This document shows positions 1 through 8,481 of a stretch of 14,121 nt of DNA, in pieces. Source of the DNA: Chloroflexota bacterium (GTDB lineage: Bacteria > Chloroflexota > Dehalococcoidia > UBA2979). The notes beneath the pieces are model-generated. The model was given only the letters and a program-made list of their open reading frames with translations. It had not been told where the DNA came from and ran no database searches. The stretch is taken from the NCBI GenBank assembly GCA_027593235.1, contig JAQCIU010000057.1, positions 1 to 14,121 of the forward strand. The letters run 5' to 3'. A program made the position numbers and the translations under genes. How positions within the stretch are numbered: the stretch's first letter is position 1; the number at the start of each line of letters is the position of its first letter.

Positions 1-134
1 CCGTTTGACGCAGCGAAGGACAGTGGAATGCCTGCCGACCAAAGCGCAATCGCAACCAGGCTCAATCCCAGAAATAAGTTTTGCGCAAAGAGGTTCGTGA
101 TAATCCAGTTGACCTTTGACTTTTCGCTTTCCAT
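1..134 (-). CDS. 5' part of a secreted or membrane protein gene in the low-GC segment, running off the window edge
   Basis: Hand translation of the minus strand from ATG at 134 is open to base 1: MESEKSKVNWIITNLFAQNLFLGLSLVAIALWSAGIPLSFAASN. It has a charged N-region, a hydrophobic core and an SFA/AA-like cleavage region. Purine-rich AGAAAGAGCAAGGT lies upstream. Not in the supplied ORF track. Confidence 0.5.
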   Translation of the reverse strand, partial: MESEKSKVNWIITNLFAQNLFLGLSLVAIALWSAGIPLSFAASN

Positions 135-195
135 ACCTTGCTCTTTCTAAAGCCCCTGTGGGCTCTGAGTTCAAGACTAGCGTTATTCAGAGCTA

Positions 196-591
196 ATGTC
201 TTGGTGGTCCGTGCAGCTCGGATCGACCATGGTCACCCGCGCCCTGAACATCGTCGGCGGCGCCGTCCCCCGCTGGGCCTGGCGACAGCCGTTCGTGCTC
301 GACGTCGTCGCGAAGACCGCTGCGCCGCTGCTCGGCACCGGCCCGATCGCGCTCCGCGGCGACCTCCCCAACGGCCAGTGGTTCCGGATCGTCCCGATCC
401 CCGTGTGGCGAGTCGCTGGCTCCCGTGCGTCGCTCGCCGGCCAGGACCTGGGTTCGGTTGTCGACCTCCAGGAGCGCCTCGAGTTGGGTGACTTTGTCGT
501 CCCCCGGCGTGGTCTCTTCTTCGTGGGAAGTGGCGACTTCGAGGGCTTCGACGCCAGCCGCCACCAGCTTGGCGTCGCACCCGGCGCCTGA
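196..591 (+). pseudogene. C-terminal fragment of a conserved hypothetical protein, apparently 5'-truncated at the GC junction
   Basis: Strong GC3 codon bias and protein-like sequence (GDLPNGQWF...GQDLG...LGDFVVPRRGLF) begin abruptly at ~200. The ATG at 196 lies in the low-GC segment with no RBS. From memory it resembles the C-terminal half of longer actinobacterial-type hypotheticals (not searched). Confidence 0.55.
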
Positions 592-677
592 TATCGCGCC
601 CGCCTCAACTTCCCGGCTTGCCTCGAATCCGCCCGTATAACCGCTGTCGGGCCGCACAGAAGCGCGCCAGAATTCCG

Positions 678-707
678 TCGCATCGCCGAACCAACCTCCG
701 GTAGACT
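678..707 (+). promoter_or_regulatory. Possible housekeeping-sigma promoter for the acyl-CoA dehydrogenase
   Basis: TAGACT (-10-like, 702-707) with TCGCAT (678-683) 18 nt upstream; motif match only. Confidence 0.3.
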
Positions 708-782
708 TTGAACCCTACGGCGCCCACCGACGGGGCGACCGTGCCGGCCCACAACGCAGTGGCCACGGGGGGTAACGAGACC

Positions 783-1958
783 ATGGACTTCACATTCAAC
801 GAATCCGAGCAGAAGTTCCGCGAAGAGATTCGCTCGTTCCTCGCGGCCCAACTCCCCGGTGACTGGGCAGATCGCGCCTTCCTTGGCGAAGTGCCCGCTG
901 CTGAACAGGCGGAGTTGGCGAAGAAGCTGACCGCCGCGCTCGCCGACAAGAAGTGGCTGGCGATGGCCTGGCCGGGGGAGCACGGCGGCATCGACGCCGG
1001 TCACGTCCAGCAGATGCTCTACAAGGAAGAGACCGCCTACGCGGAGATGCCCAGCGGCAGCACCATGGGCGTCGACTGGGTCGGCCCGGCGATCATGCTG
1101 TTCGGCAACGACGAGCAGAAGGAGAAGTACCTCCCGAACATCGTCAACGGCATCGACCAGTGGTGCACCCTCTACTCCGAGCCTGGTGCCGGCTCCGACC
1201 TCGCCTCGCTCCAGACCCGCGCCGTCCGCGACGGTGACGAGTACGTCATCAACGGCAGCAAGATCTGGACCAGCGGCGGCCACTTCTCCAACAAGGGCTG
1301 GCTCGCCGCCCGCACGGACCCGGATGCTCCGAAGCACCGCGGTATCTCTACCTTCGTTCTCGACATGGATATGCCCGGCATCGAGGTACGCCCGCTGGTC
1401 AACATGGCCGACGAGCACGTGTTCAACGAAGTCTTCTTCGAGGATGTGCGCATCCCGGCGACGAACCTCGTCGGCGTCGAGAACCGTGGCTGGTACCAGG
1501 TCGCGACCGCCCTCGACTACGAGCGCTCCGGCGTCGCCGCATACGCGGGTGGCAAGCGGAACCTCGAGCGCCTTGTCGGCGCGGCGAAGGAAGACGAGTC
1601 GCTGCTGCGCCGCAACCCCAACGCCCGCTACGAGCTGGCGGACCGCTGGGTCGAGCTCCAGGTCGGCTACAACGTCGCCTACCGGATCCCGTTCCTCCAG
1701 GCGCAGGGCCAGATCCCGAACCACGAGGCCTCGGTCTCCAAGCTGTACGGCTCGGAGTTGACCCAGCGCATCGCCCGCACCGGCATCCAAATGCTCGGCA
1801 TGGGTGGCCAGATCCTCCCCGGTTCCCCGTGGTCGAAGCTGGGCGGCGCCATCGCCAAGACCTACCTCACCTCGGTCAGCTCGACCGTCGCCGCCGGCAC
1901 CTCCGAGGTACAGCGCAACATCATCGCCCAACGAGGGCTCGGCCTCCCCCGCGGGTAG
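783..1958 (+). CDS. Acyl-CoA dehydrogenase (FadE26/FadE29-like subgroup)
   Basis: Starts MDFTFNESEQKFREEIRSFL. Motifs YSEPGAGSDLASLQTRA, INGSKIWTS, FNEVFFEDVRIP, ALDYERS and AGTSEVQRNII. Start moved to ATG 783 after a G-rich RBS-like run. Confidence 0.96.
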   Translation: MDFTFNESEQKFREEIRSFLAAQLPGDWADRAFLGEVPAAEQAELAKKLTAALADKKWLAMAWPGEHGGIDAGHVQQMLYKEETAYAEMPSGSTMGVDWVGPAIMLFGNDEQKEKYLPNIVNGIDQWCTLYSEPGAGSDLASLQTRAVRDGDEYVINGSKIWTSGGHFSNKGWLAARTDPDAPKHRGISTFVLDMDMPGIEVRPLVNMADEHVFNEVFFEDVRIPATNLVGVENRGWYQVATALDYERSGVAAYAGGKRNLERLVGAAKEDESLLRRNPNARYELADRWVELQVGYNVAYRIPFLQAQGQIPNHEASVSKLYGSELTQRIARTGIQMLGMGGQILPGSPWSKLGGAIAKTYLTSVSSTVAAGTSEVQRNIIAQRGLGLPRG

Positions 1959-1998
1959 TCCGGGACGGGGCTAGCGCCCGACTGCTGGATCGCTCATA

Positions 1999-2030
1999 AA
2001 GAGGGCCGGGTCATCTCGGCCCTCTTCTTG
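1999..2030 (+). terminator. Putative intrinsic terminator hairpin
   Basis: AAGAGGGCCG (1999-2008) and CGGCCCTCTT (2017-2026) form a perfect 10-bp stem, extended by G-U and G-C pairs around a TCAT loop, with a weak pyrimidine tail. It lies 40 nt after the stop codon. Confidence 0.6.
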
Positions 2031-2064
2031 TGCCTTCGACTGATCGAACGCGAACGGAATCACG

Positions 2065-3081
2065 TTGGACGCGACGCTCCTCTGGCTCCAACTCGCGGGC
2101 GCGGCCGGGGTCATCCTCTTTGCCGCGACGTTCATGACCAGCAGCGCCGACGTGATCGCGATCCGTACCGGTCTGGGCCGCACCTTCATTGGCGTCGTGA
2201 TGCTCGCGACCGCCACCTCGCTACCTGAGCTGGGCACGGGCGTCAGCTCGATCGTCTGGCTCAACGAACCGGACCTTGCCGCCGGTGATGCCTTCGGCAG
2301 CAATATGTTCAACCTGTTGATTATTGGCCTGCTGGACTTCTTCTGGCGTGATGGCCCGCTACTCAACCGCGTCAGCATCACCGCCGCGCTGATCGGCGCG
2401 CTCGGCATCCTCGCGATCGGTCTTGCTGGGGCGGCGATCTCGCTCCACCAGGAGTTGGACCTCGCGATCGCGAACTACATCAGCCCGGTGACGCTGGTGA
2501 TTCTGGCGACGTTCGTCGCCGCGATGTGGATTCTCTACCGCGCCGATCAGGCCGCCGACTCGTCCAATGACGACGACAAAGCTGACGCGGAGATGCCGGA
2601 TACCTCGATGCGGCGCGCGTTCACGATCTACGGGGCATCGGCCGCCACGGTCGTGGTCGCCGCGATCTGGCTGGCCAACGTCGGCGATGGTCTCGCCGAG
2701 GAATTGAACCTCGAACGGAGCTTTGTCGGCACGCAGTTCCTGGCGCTGAGTACCTCGCTACCGGAGCTGGCCGCCTCGATCGCGGCGATTCGGATCGGCG
2801 CACCCGAACTGGCGATCAGCAACGTGCTCGGAAGCAACCTCTTCAACATGGGCTTCATCCTCTTCGCGGATGACATCGTCTACACCGACGGCCCGATCTG
2901 GGAGGTCGTCGACCGGGTCCACATCTTCACCGCGTTCGCGGCGATCCTGATGACCGCCGTCGTCATCATCGCCCTGCTCAGCCAGCAACGAGGCCGACCC
3001 GGCCGCTTCTTCACCTTCGAGGCGGTGGTGCTCGTCGGCGGCTACATCAGCGCGAGCGTGCTCGTGTACCAGTTCGCCTGA
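2065..3081 (+). CDS. Sodium:calcium (Ca2+/cation, CaCA/YrbG-like) antiporter
   Basis: About 10 hydrophobic helices in two repeats, with alpha-repeat motifs ATSLPEL...GSNMFN and STSLPEL...GSNLFN and an acidic central loop. TTG start. Confidence 0.93.
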   Translation: MDATLLWLQLAGAAGVILFAATFMTSSADVIAIRTGLGRTFIGVVMLATATSLPELGTGVSSIVWLNEPDLAAGDAFGSNMFNLLIIGLLDFFWRDGPLLNRVSITAALIGALGILAIGLAGAAISLHQELDLAIANYISPVTLVILATFVAAMWILYRADQAADSSNDDDKADAEMPDTSMRRAFTIYGASAATVVVAAIWLANVGDGLAEELNLERSFVGTQFLALSTSLPELAASIAAIRIGAPELAISNVLGSNLFNMGFILFADDIVYTDGPIWEVVDRVHIFTAFAAILMTAVVIIALLSQQRGRPGRFFTFEAVVLVGGYISASVLVYQFA

Positions 3082-3136
3082 CCGAGTCCGCCCACTCCGC
3101 GCTCCGTCGGCGACAGGAGCATCGAGGCGAATCCGC

Positions 3137-3682
3137 TCATCGCTCCGCCCCGGCCCGCTCGAGGTCGAGCAACGTTCGCTTTCGTTCGGTTCCCCAGCCA
3201 AATCCGGTCAGCGACCCGTTCGCCCCGATCACCCGGTGGCAGGGAACGATGATCGACACCGGGTTGCGCCCGTTCGCCATCCCGACCGCCCGCGACGCCG
3301 TCGGTCGCCCGATTCGTTCCGCCAACTCCCCGTAGCTCAACGTCTCTCCGAACGGGATCGTCAGCAGGCCATCCCAGACTGTCCGCTGAAATACCGTGCC
3401 TGCGAGGTCGAGCGGGACGTCGAACTCACTGCGCTTCCCTGCGAAATACTCGTCGAGCTGGCGCCGCACCTCGGCCAACCCCGCATCATCCTCGATCCAG
3501 TCCGGCTCGATCGCTGGGCTGTTGCGATGGCCCAGGATGTACAGCCCGCTTAGCCCGTGCCCGCGGCTGAGGAGGAGCAGGTCGCCAATCGGAGACGGCG
3601 TCACCGCGAACCGGTCGCCGGACGTCGGGTAGCGTCGCCCCGCTGTATCGCTGTGCCTGTCGGTCGTCGGTCGTTGTGTCAT
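3137..3682 (-). CDS. ogt: Methylated-DNA--[protein]-cysteine S-methyltransferase
   Basis: Active-site IIVPCHRVIG, plus GTVFQRTVW, IPFGETLSYGELA and ASRAVGMANGRNP. Likely start is ATG 3682 (alternatives 3694, 3697), not 3814. Confidence 0.95.
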   Translation of the reverse strand: MTQRPTTDRHSDTAGRRYPTSGDRFAVTPSPIGDLLLLSRGHGLSGLYILGHRNSPAIEPDWIEDDAGLAEVRRQLDEYFAGKRSEFDVPLDLAGTVFQRTVWDGLLTIPFGETLSYGELAERIGRPTASRAVGMANGRNPVSIIVPCHRVIGANGSLTGFGWGTERKRTLLDLERAGAER

Positions 3683-3739
3683 CGTTGTACCCATCATGGA
3701 CCCGAGGATGCCCGGCTCCCGATCGCTCCGCGCGTCAGA

Positions 3740-3767
3740 TCCGGACAGGTCTGAGACGATGTCCGAA
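3740..3767. promoter_or_regulatory. Inverted repeat in the divergent ogt / ada-alkA promoter region (candidate operator)
   Basis: CGGACA (3742-3747) - N12 - TGTCCG (3760-3765), extendable to TCCGGACA / TGTCCGAA with one mismatch, near the centre of the 126-bp intergenic region. Confidence 0.35.
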
Positions 3768-3808
3768 TCCGTCCGATCGCGAACCTCGATGGTCGTATAC
3801 CGGTAGCT

Positions 3809-5188
3809 ATGCAAACTTACTCAGCAGTCGTCACCACCGGCATCTACTGCCTGCCGACCTGCGGTGCCGGACCCAAGCCGGAGAACGTGCGCCGCATCCC
3901 GATCGCGGCGGCCGCCGAAGCCCAGGGCTTCCGCGCCTGCATGCGCTGCCGCCCCTACCGCGCACAGCAGCCCCTGAGCTGGGACGGCCCCGAACTCGTT
4001 TGCCGCGCCGTCCAGCTCGTGCTCGACGGCGCGCTCGACGACCAGACCGAGGACGTGTTCTCCGCCCGCCTCGGCATGTCCGCGCGTAACCTCCGCCGCC
4101 TCTTCAACCAGCAGGTCGGGGTCACGCCCGCGCAGCTCGCCCGCTCCAGCCGCACCCACTTCGCGCGACGGCTGCTCGACGACACCGACCTCACGGTCAC
4201 GGAGATCGCCTTCGCCGCCGGCTTCGGCAGCGTGCGCCAGTTCAACCGCGCTACGCGCGACATCTTCCGCGCCGCCCCCAGCGAGTTGCGCGCCCGCCGC
4301 CGCAAAGCCGATCGCCTTGTCGCCGACGGCGGTCTCTCGCTCCGCCTGCCGTACAACGGCCCGCTCGACTGGGACGCCATGCTCGCCTACCTCGATCGCC
4401 GCGCCATCCCCGGCGTCGAGTCGGTCAGCGACGGCGTCTACCGCCGCACCGTGGTCATCGAGGGCGATCCGGGCGTCATCGAGCTGCTCCGAGGCGGTGA
4501 CGATCACCTCGTGCTGCGTGCTCATCTCCCGCACTGGGAGGGCCTGATCCACCTCGTCGAGCGCGCCCGCCGTATCGCCGCCCTCGACGCCCCAACTTCC
4601 GAGGCCAATGCGGCCCTCGAGGGAGACCCGCTACTCGGCCCGCTCGTCGCGACGCGTCCCGGCCTCCGCACCCCCGGAGCTTGGGACCCCTTCGAGGTAG
4701 GCGTCCGGATCATCCTCGGCCAACAGGTCAGCGTCGTCGGCGCCTCAACGACCAGCGGCCGCTTCGCCGCGGCGCTCGGCACGCCGGTACCGGGGCTCGC
4801 GGCCTTCGACCTTGGCTACACATTCCCAACGGCGGAGACGGTCGCCTCGGCGGACCTCTCCGACCTCGGCCTCACCCGCGCTCGTGCCGCGGCGGTCCAG
4901 AACTTCGCCCGCGCGGTCTCCGAGGGCCAGCTCCGCCTCGATGGCAGCCAGCCGCTCGAGGAGTTCATGGCGTCGGTCGTCGCCGTCCCCGGCCTCGGGC
5001 CGTGGACCGCCCACGTCCTCTCACTCCGCCTCGGCGAACGCGACGCGTTCCCCGCCTCGGACCTCGGCTTGAAGCGCGCCTACGAGCGGGTAGCTCCCGA
5101 GCCGACGCAATCCCTCGAAGAGCTGGCGGAACAGTGGCGCCCCTGGCGTGCCCAGGCCGCCGCCCACCTGTGGGCGGGCCAGACGTAG
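3809..5188 (+). CDS. alkA: AdaA-AlkA fusion: Ada Zn-binding domain, AraC HTH and DNA-3-methyladenine glycosylase II
   Basis: TTGIYCLPTC...GFRACMRCRP (four Zn-binding Cys), AraC HTH (SARNLRRLF, IAFAAGFGSVRQFN), AlkA-N (RAIPGVE), HhH-GPD (ILGQQVSV, PGLGPWTA, DAFPASDLG) and C-terminal WRPWRAQAAAHLW. Confidence 0.95.
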   Translation: MQTYSAVVTTGIYCLPTCGAGPKPENVRRIPIAAAAEAQGFRACMRCRPYRAQQPLSWDGPELVCRAVQLVLDGALDDQTEDVFSARLGMSARNLRRLFNQQVGVTPAQLARSSRTHFARRLLDDTDLTVTEIAFAAGFGSVRQFNRATRDIFRAAPSELRARRRKADRLVADGGLSLRLPYNGPLDWDAMLAYLDRRAIPGVESVSDGVYRRTVVIEGDPGVIELLRGGDDHLVLRAHLPHWEGLIHLVERARRIAALDAPTSEANAALEGDPLLGPLVATRPGLRTPGAWDPFEVGVRIILGQQVSVVGASTTSGRFAAALGTPVPGLAAFDLGYTFPTAETVASADLSDLGLTRARAAAVQNFARAVSEGQLRLDGSQPLEEFMASVVAVPGLGPWTAHVLSLRLGERDAFPASDLGLKRAYERVAPEPTQSLEELAEQWRPWRAQAAAHLWAGQT

Positions 5189-5257
5189 CGCCGCCGCCCA
5201 CCTGTGGGCGGGCCAGACGTAGCGCTGCCGCCCACTTGTGGGCGGGCCAGACGTAGC
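5156..5257 (+). repeat. 3 x 34-bp direct tandem repeat of the alkA 3' end
   Basis: GCCGCCGCCCACCTGTGGGCGGGCCAGACGTAGC at 5156-5189 and 5190-5223 (identical) and 5224-5257 (two C>T changes). Internal palindrome CCGCCCAC-CT-GTGGGCGG. Confidence 0.97.
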
Positions 5258-5283
5258 GTGGCAATCCAGCTCTGGTCGAGCGA

Positions 5284-6339
5284 CTAGCTCAGCGTCACCA
5301 CGCGGCCCGACCGGGCTGACTCGTACACCGCGTGCGCAACCTCGAGGATCCGCCGCGCCGTCGCGAGGTCCTGTCGCGGCTGCCGTCCCTCGATCAGCCC
5401 GTCGACGAAGTCCGCCGCCGCGCCATCGAAGCTCAGCGCGTAGTCCGAGGGCACATCGAACTCTTCGAGGCCGGCGCTCGTCTGCAGCATCACCGGCGGC
5501 AACGGGTTCATCTCCGCCTGCCCCTGCGTCACCCAGATCGTCCCGTCGCTCCCGTGGATCTCGAAGAACTCGTCGACCGGTGTGTACCGTCCGCGGATCG
5601 TCAGCCCGGGCTGGTGCGCGTAGTCGACAATCCCGAGGCAGTCCCGCCCCGCGAACCGGAACATCGCCGCCGCCGGCGTCTCATGCACGAAGTCGTCCGT
5701 CTCCGTCACCATCGCCGACACCTCGGCGACGTCGCCGATCCACGACATCGCCGTCGCGTACTTGTGGCACGCGTCGTCGAACATCACCCCACCGAGGTTG
5801 AGCGACGGATCGCGCCGCCACAGCGCCGCGTCCTCGCCGCGGTCGATCGTCGGATCGGTGATCGCGGCGGCCCGCGTCGTGTGAATCCGCACCAGCGAGG
5901 GCTCCCCGATCGCCCCGGCGTCCAGCAGTTCCTTCGCCTTCATCAGCGGCGGGTAGTAGTAGAAGTTCTCCGTCACGCGGAACGTCACGTCGGCGGCAGC
6001 CGCTGCCGCCTCGATCCGGTCGACCTCGCCCAGCGTCACCGCGATCGGCTTCTGGCACGAAACGTGCTTGCCCGCCTCCAGCGCCGCGATGATCTGCTCC
6101 GCGTGCAGGAACGTCGGCGTCAGCAGCTCGACGGCGTCGATGTCGTCACGTTCGAGGAGTACTCGGTAATCCTCGAAGATCGTGGGCTCGATACCGAACT
6201 GCGTCGCCCGCGCCTCCGCGCGCTCGCGGCGGGTGTCGCAGAGCGCCACCACCTCGGCGAGCGGGTGCTGCACGTAGCCGCGGATGTTCTGCTGCGCGAT
6301 GTTCCCGCAGCCGACTACACCGAGGCGAACGCGGTCCAT
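5284..6339 (-). CDS. Gfo/Idh/MocA family NAD(P)-dependent oxidoreductase
   Basis: Rossmann motif LGVVGCGNIA, DIDAVELLTPTFLH, AGKHVSCQKP (EKP-equivalent) and GGVMFDDACH. Confidence 0.93.
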   Translation of the reverse strand: MDRVRLGVVGCGNIAQQNIRGYVQHPLAEVVALCDTRRERAEARATQFGIEPTIFEDYRVLLERDDIDAVELLTPTFLHAEQIIAALEAGKHVSCQKPIAVTLGEVDRIEAAAAAADVTFRVTENFYYYPPLMKAKELLDAGAIGEPSLVRIHTTRAAAITDPTIDRGEDAALWRRDPSLNLGGVMFDDACHKYATAMSWIGDVAEVSAMVTETDDFVHETPAAAMFRFAGRDCLGIVDYAHQPGLTIRGRYTPVDEFFEIHGSDGTIWVTQGQAEMNPLPPVMLQTSAGLEEFDVPSDYALSFDGAAADFVDGLIEGRQPRQDLATARRILEVAHAVYESARSGRVVTLS

Positions 6340-6364
6340 CCGATAGTTTCGAGTTGGGTCGGAG

Positions 6365-7033
6365 TTAGTCGGCGGTCACGACCCCGACGGGGCAGCTCAC
6401 GCCGGTACCGCCGATGCCGCAGTACCCGCTCGGGTTCCAGTGCAGGTACTGCTGGTGGTACGGCTCGGCGTAGTAGAACTCCGGCGCCTCTTTGATCTCG
6501 GTCGTGATCTCGCCGTACCCGGCCTGGGCCAGCACCGGCGTGTACATGTCGCGCGACGCCTCCAGGGCGACTCGCTGTTCCTCCGACGTCCAGTAGGCCG
6601 CCGAGCGGTACTGGGTGCCGTGGTCGTTGCCCTGGCGCATGCCCTGGGTCGGGTCGTGGCCCTCCCAGAACGCCTTGAGGATGTCGTCGTAGCTGGTCTT
6701 CGCGGGATCGAAGACGACCAGCACCGCTTCCATGTGGCCGGTCTTCGCGGAGCAGGTCTCCTCGTAGGACGGGTTCGGCGTGTAGCCACCGCTGTAACCA
6801 ACGGCGGTGGTCCAGACGCCGGGGAGCTGCCAGAAGATGCGCTCGGCGCCCCAGAAGCAGCCCATGCCGAAGATCGCCGTTTCGAAGCCCTCGGGGAACG
6901 GCGGCTGCAGCGGGTTGCCAAGCACCAGGTGTGCTTCCGGCACCGGCATCGTCGCGCTACGCCCCGGCAGCGCGTCCTCGGGCGCGATCATCGTGCCCTT
7001 GCTGCTCGCCATTGCCTCGAAGAATCGCATCAT
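6365..7033 (-). CDS. msrA: Peptide-methionine (S)-S-oxide reductase
   Basis: [52 protein letters not shown] and the C-terminal [12 protein letters not shown]. Exact start uncertain (7033, 7030 or 7012). Confidence 0.97.
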   Translation of the reverse strand: MMRFFEAMASSKGTMIAPEDALPGRSATMPVPEAHLVLGNPLQPPFPEGFETAIFGMGCFWGAERIFWQLPGVWTTAVGYSGGYTPNPSYEETCSAKTGHMEAVLVVFDPAKTSYDDILKAFWEGHDPTQGMRQGNDHGTQYRSAAYWTSEEQRVALEASRDMYTPVLAQAGYGEITTEIKEAPEFYYAEPYHQQYLHWNPSGYCGIGGTGVSCPVGVVTAD

Positions 7034-7224
7034 CGTGTCGTCCGCCCTCGTCTGTTCCTGCTTGCACCAGCCTACGAGAAACGCACTACGGGCGTGGTCA
7101 CCACCTCGTAAGAAGTCCGCGGCGGCGCTGCCCCGCGCTGCCTTGTGACGGCAGTCGCGAGCCGATACCGCGAGACGCGTACTATCCCGCCGTGACCCCG
7201 GTCAGGGGAAGGTGAGGTTAACGC

Positions 7225-8481
7225 ATGAAATTCGGCATCTTCTACGAACACCAGCTCCCGAAGCCATGGAGCGAGGGCGCCGAACAGCGCCTCTTCGATG
7301 ACGCGCTCTCGCAGGTCGAGCTCGCTGACCAGCTCGGCATCGACTACGCGTGGGAGGTCGAGCACCACTTCCTGGAGGAGTACTCGCACTCCAGCGCGCC
7401 CGAGGTGTTCCTCGCGGCCGCGAGCCAGCGCACCGAACAGATCCGACTCGGGCACGGCATCATGCTGATGCCGTCCGGCTACAACCACCCCGCCCGCGCC
7501 GCGGAGCGCATCGCCACCCTCGACCTGGTCTCCCACGGCCGCGTCGACTTCGGCACCGGCGAGTCCGCCTCGCGCTCGGAGCTCGAGGGCTTCGATATCG
7601 ACCCAGCCGTGCGCCGGGAGCAGTGGCGCGAGAACGTCGAGCAGATCGCGAACATGCTCGCGATGGACCCCTACCCCGGCTACGAGGGCAAGTACTGGTC
7701 GATGCCGACCCGCAACGTCGTCCCCAAGCCGGTCCAGAAACCGCACCCCCCGCTTTGGGTCGCCTGCTCCAACCGCGAGACGATCCACCTCGCCGCCCAA
7801 CTCGGCATTGGCGCGCTGACGTTCACCTTCGTCGACTACGACGAGGCGAAGCACTGGGTCGACGACTACTACGACACCTTCAAGAACGAGTGCGTGCCGA
7901 TCGGCCACGCCGTGAATCCGAACATTGCGCTGGTCACCGGTTTCTCGGTGAACGAAGACGAGCAGGAAGCGCTCGACCGCGGCATCGACGGCCTCCGCTT
8001 CTTCCAGTTTGCCCTCGGACACTTCTACCGATCGGGCTCCCACAAGCCCGGCCGCACCGACATCTGGCAGGACTACCTGGCAAACCGCGACCGAATGATC
8101 GCGGACGATGTCGAGGGCAACCTCACCGCCGGCCGAGGCGCGATCGGGACCCCCGATCAGGTGCGCCAGCACCTGCGCCGCTTCGCCGATATCGGCGTCG
8201 ACCAGACCGTCTTCATCCAGCAAGGCGGCAACAACCAGCACGAGGACATCTGCAACTCGCTCCGCCTCTTCGCGGACCAGGTCATGCCCGAGTTCCACGC
8301 CGAGGAAGCAGAGCGCCAACGCCGCAAGGCCGAGGAGCTGGCCCCCTATATCGAGGCCGCGTTCGCCCGGAAGCAGTACATGCAGCCGCTGTCCGACGAT
8401 CAGATCGTCCCGTTCCCGGCCTACGGGAACACGGTCGCCGAGGGCGCCCCAGAGCCAGCCGCCACCCCCGGCGGCGACTAG
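7225..8481 (+). CDS. LLM class flavin-dependent oxidoreductase (luciferase-like monooxygenase)
   Basis: MKFGIF start, WEVEHHFLEEYSHSSAPEVFLAA, AERIATLDLVSHGRVDFGTG and PKPVQKPHPPLWVA. RBS GAGG upstream. Confidence 0.95.
   Translation: MKFGIFYEHQLPKPWSEGAEQRLFDDALSQVELADQLGIDYAWEVEHHFLEEYSHSSAPEVFLAAASQRTEQIRLGHGIMLMPSGYNHPARAAERIATLDLVSHGRVDFGTGESASRSELEGFDIDPAVRREQWRENVEQIANMLAMDPYPGYEGKYWSMPTRNVVPKPVQKPHPPLWVACSNRETIHLAAQLGIGALTFTFVDYDEAKHWVDDYYDTFKNECVPIGHAVNPNIALVTGFSVNEDEQEALDRGIDGLRFFQFALGHFYRSGSHKPGRTDIWQDYLANRDRMIADDVEGNLTAGRGAIGTPDQVRQHLRRFADIGVDQTVFIQQGGNNQHEDICNSLRLFADQVMPEFHAEEAERQRRKAEELAPYIEAAFARKQYMQPLSDDQIVPFPAYGNTVAEGAPEPAATPGGD

Noticed and set aside
183-1931. 582-aa minus-strand ORF and similar long overlapping ORFs (5332-6495, 7072-8319, 7350-8615, 8814-10058, 13151-14050)
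   Set aside because: These are antisense or alternate-frame shadows of well-supported genes, expected in high-GC DNA, with no family motifs.
3683-3814. N-terminal extension of ogt overlapping the alkA start
   Set aside because: Longest-ORF artefact from a TTG start; the extension is not homologous to Ogt and would remove the divergent promoter region.
5156-5257. CRISPR array (34-bp palindromic repeats)
   Set aside because: The units are directly adjacent with no spacers, the unit encodes the conserved AlkA C-terminus, and there are no cas genes.
7161-7168. GCCGATAC as a sigma28 -10 element upstream of the LLM gene
   Set aside because: There is no TAAA-like -35 at the right spacing; TACTAT at 7180-7185 is an equally plausible ordinary -10.
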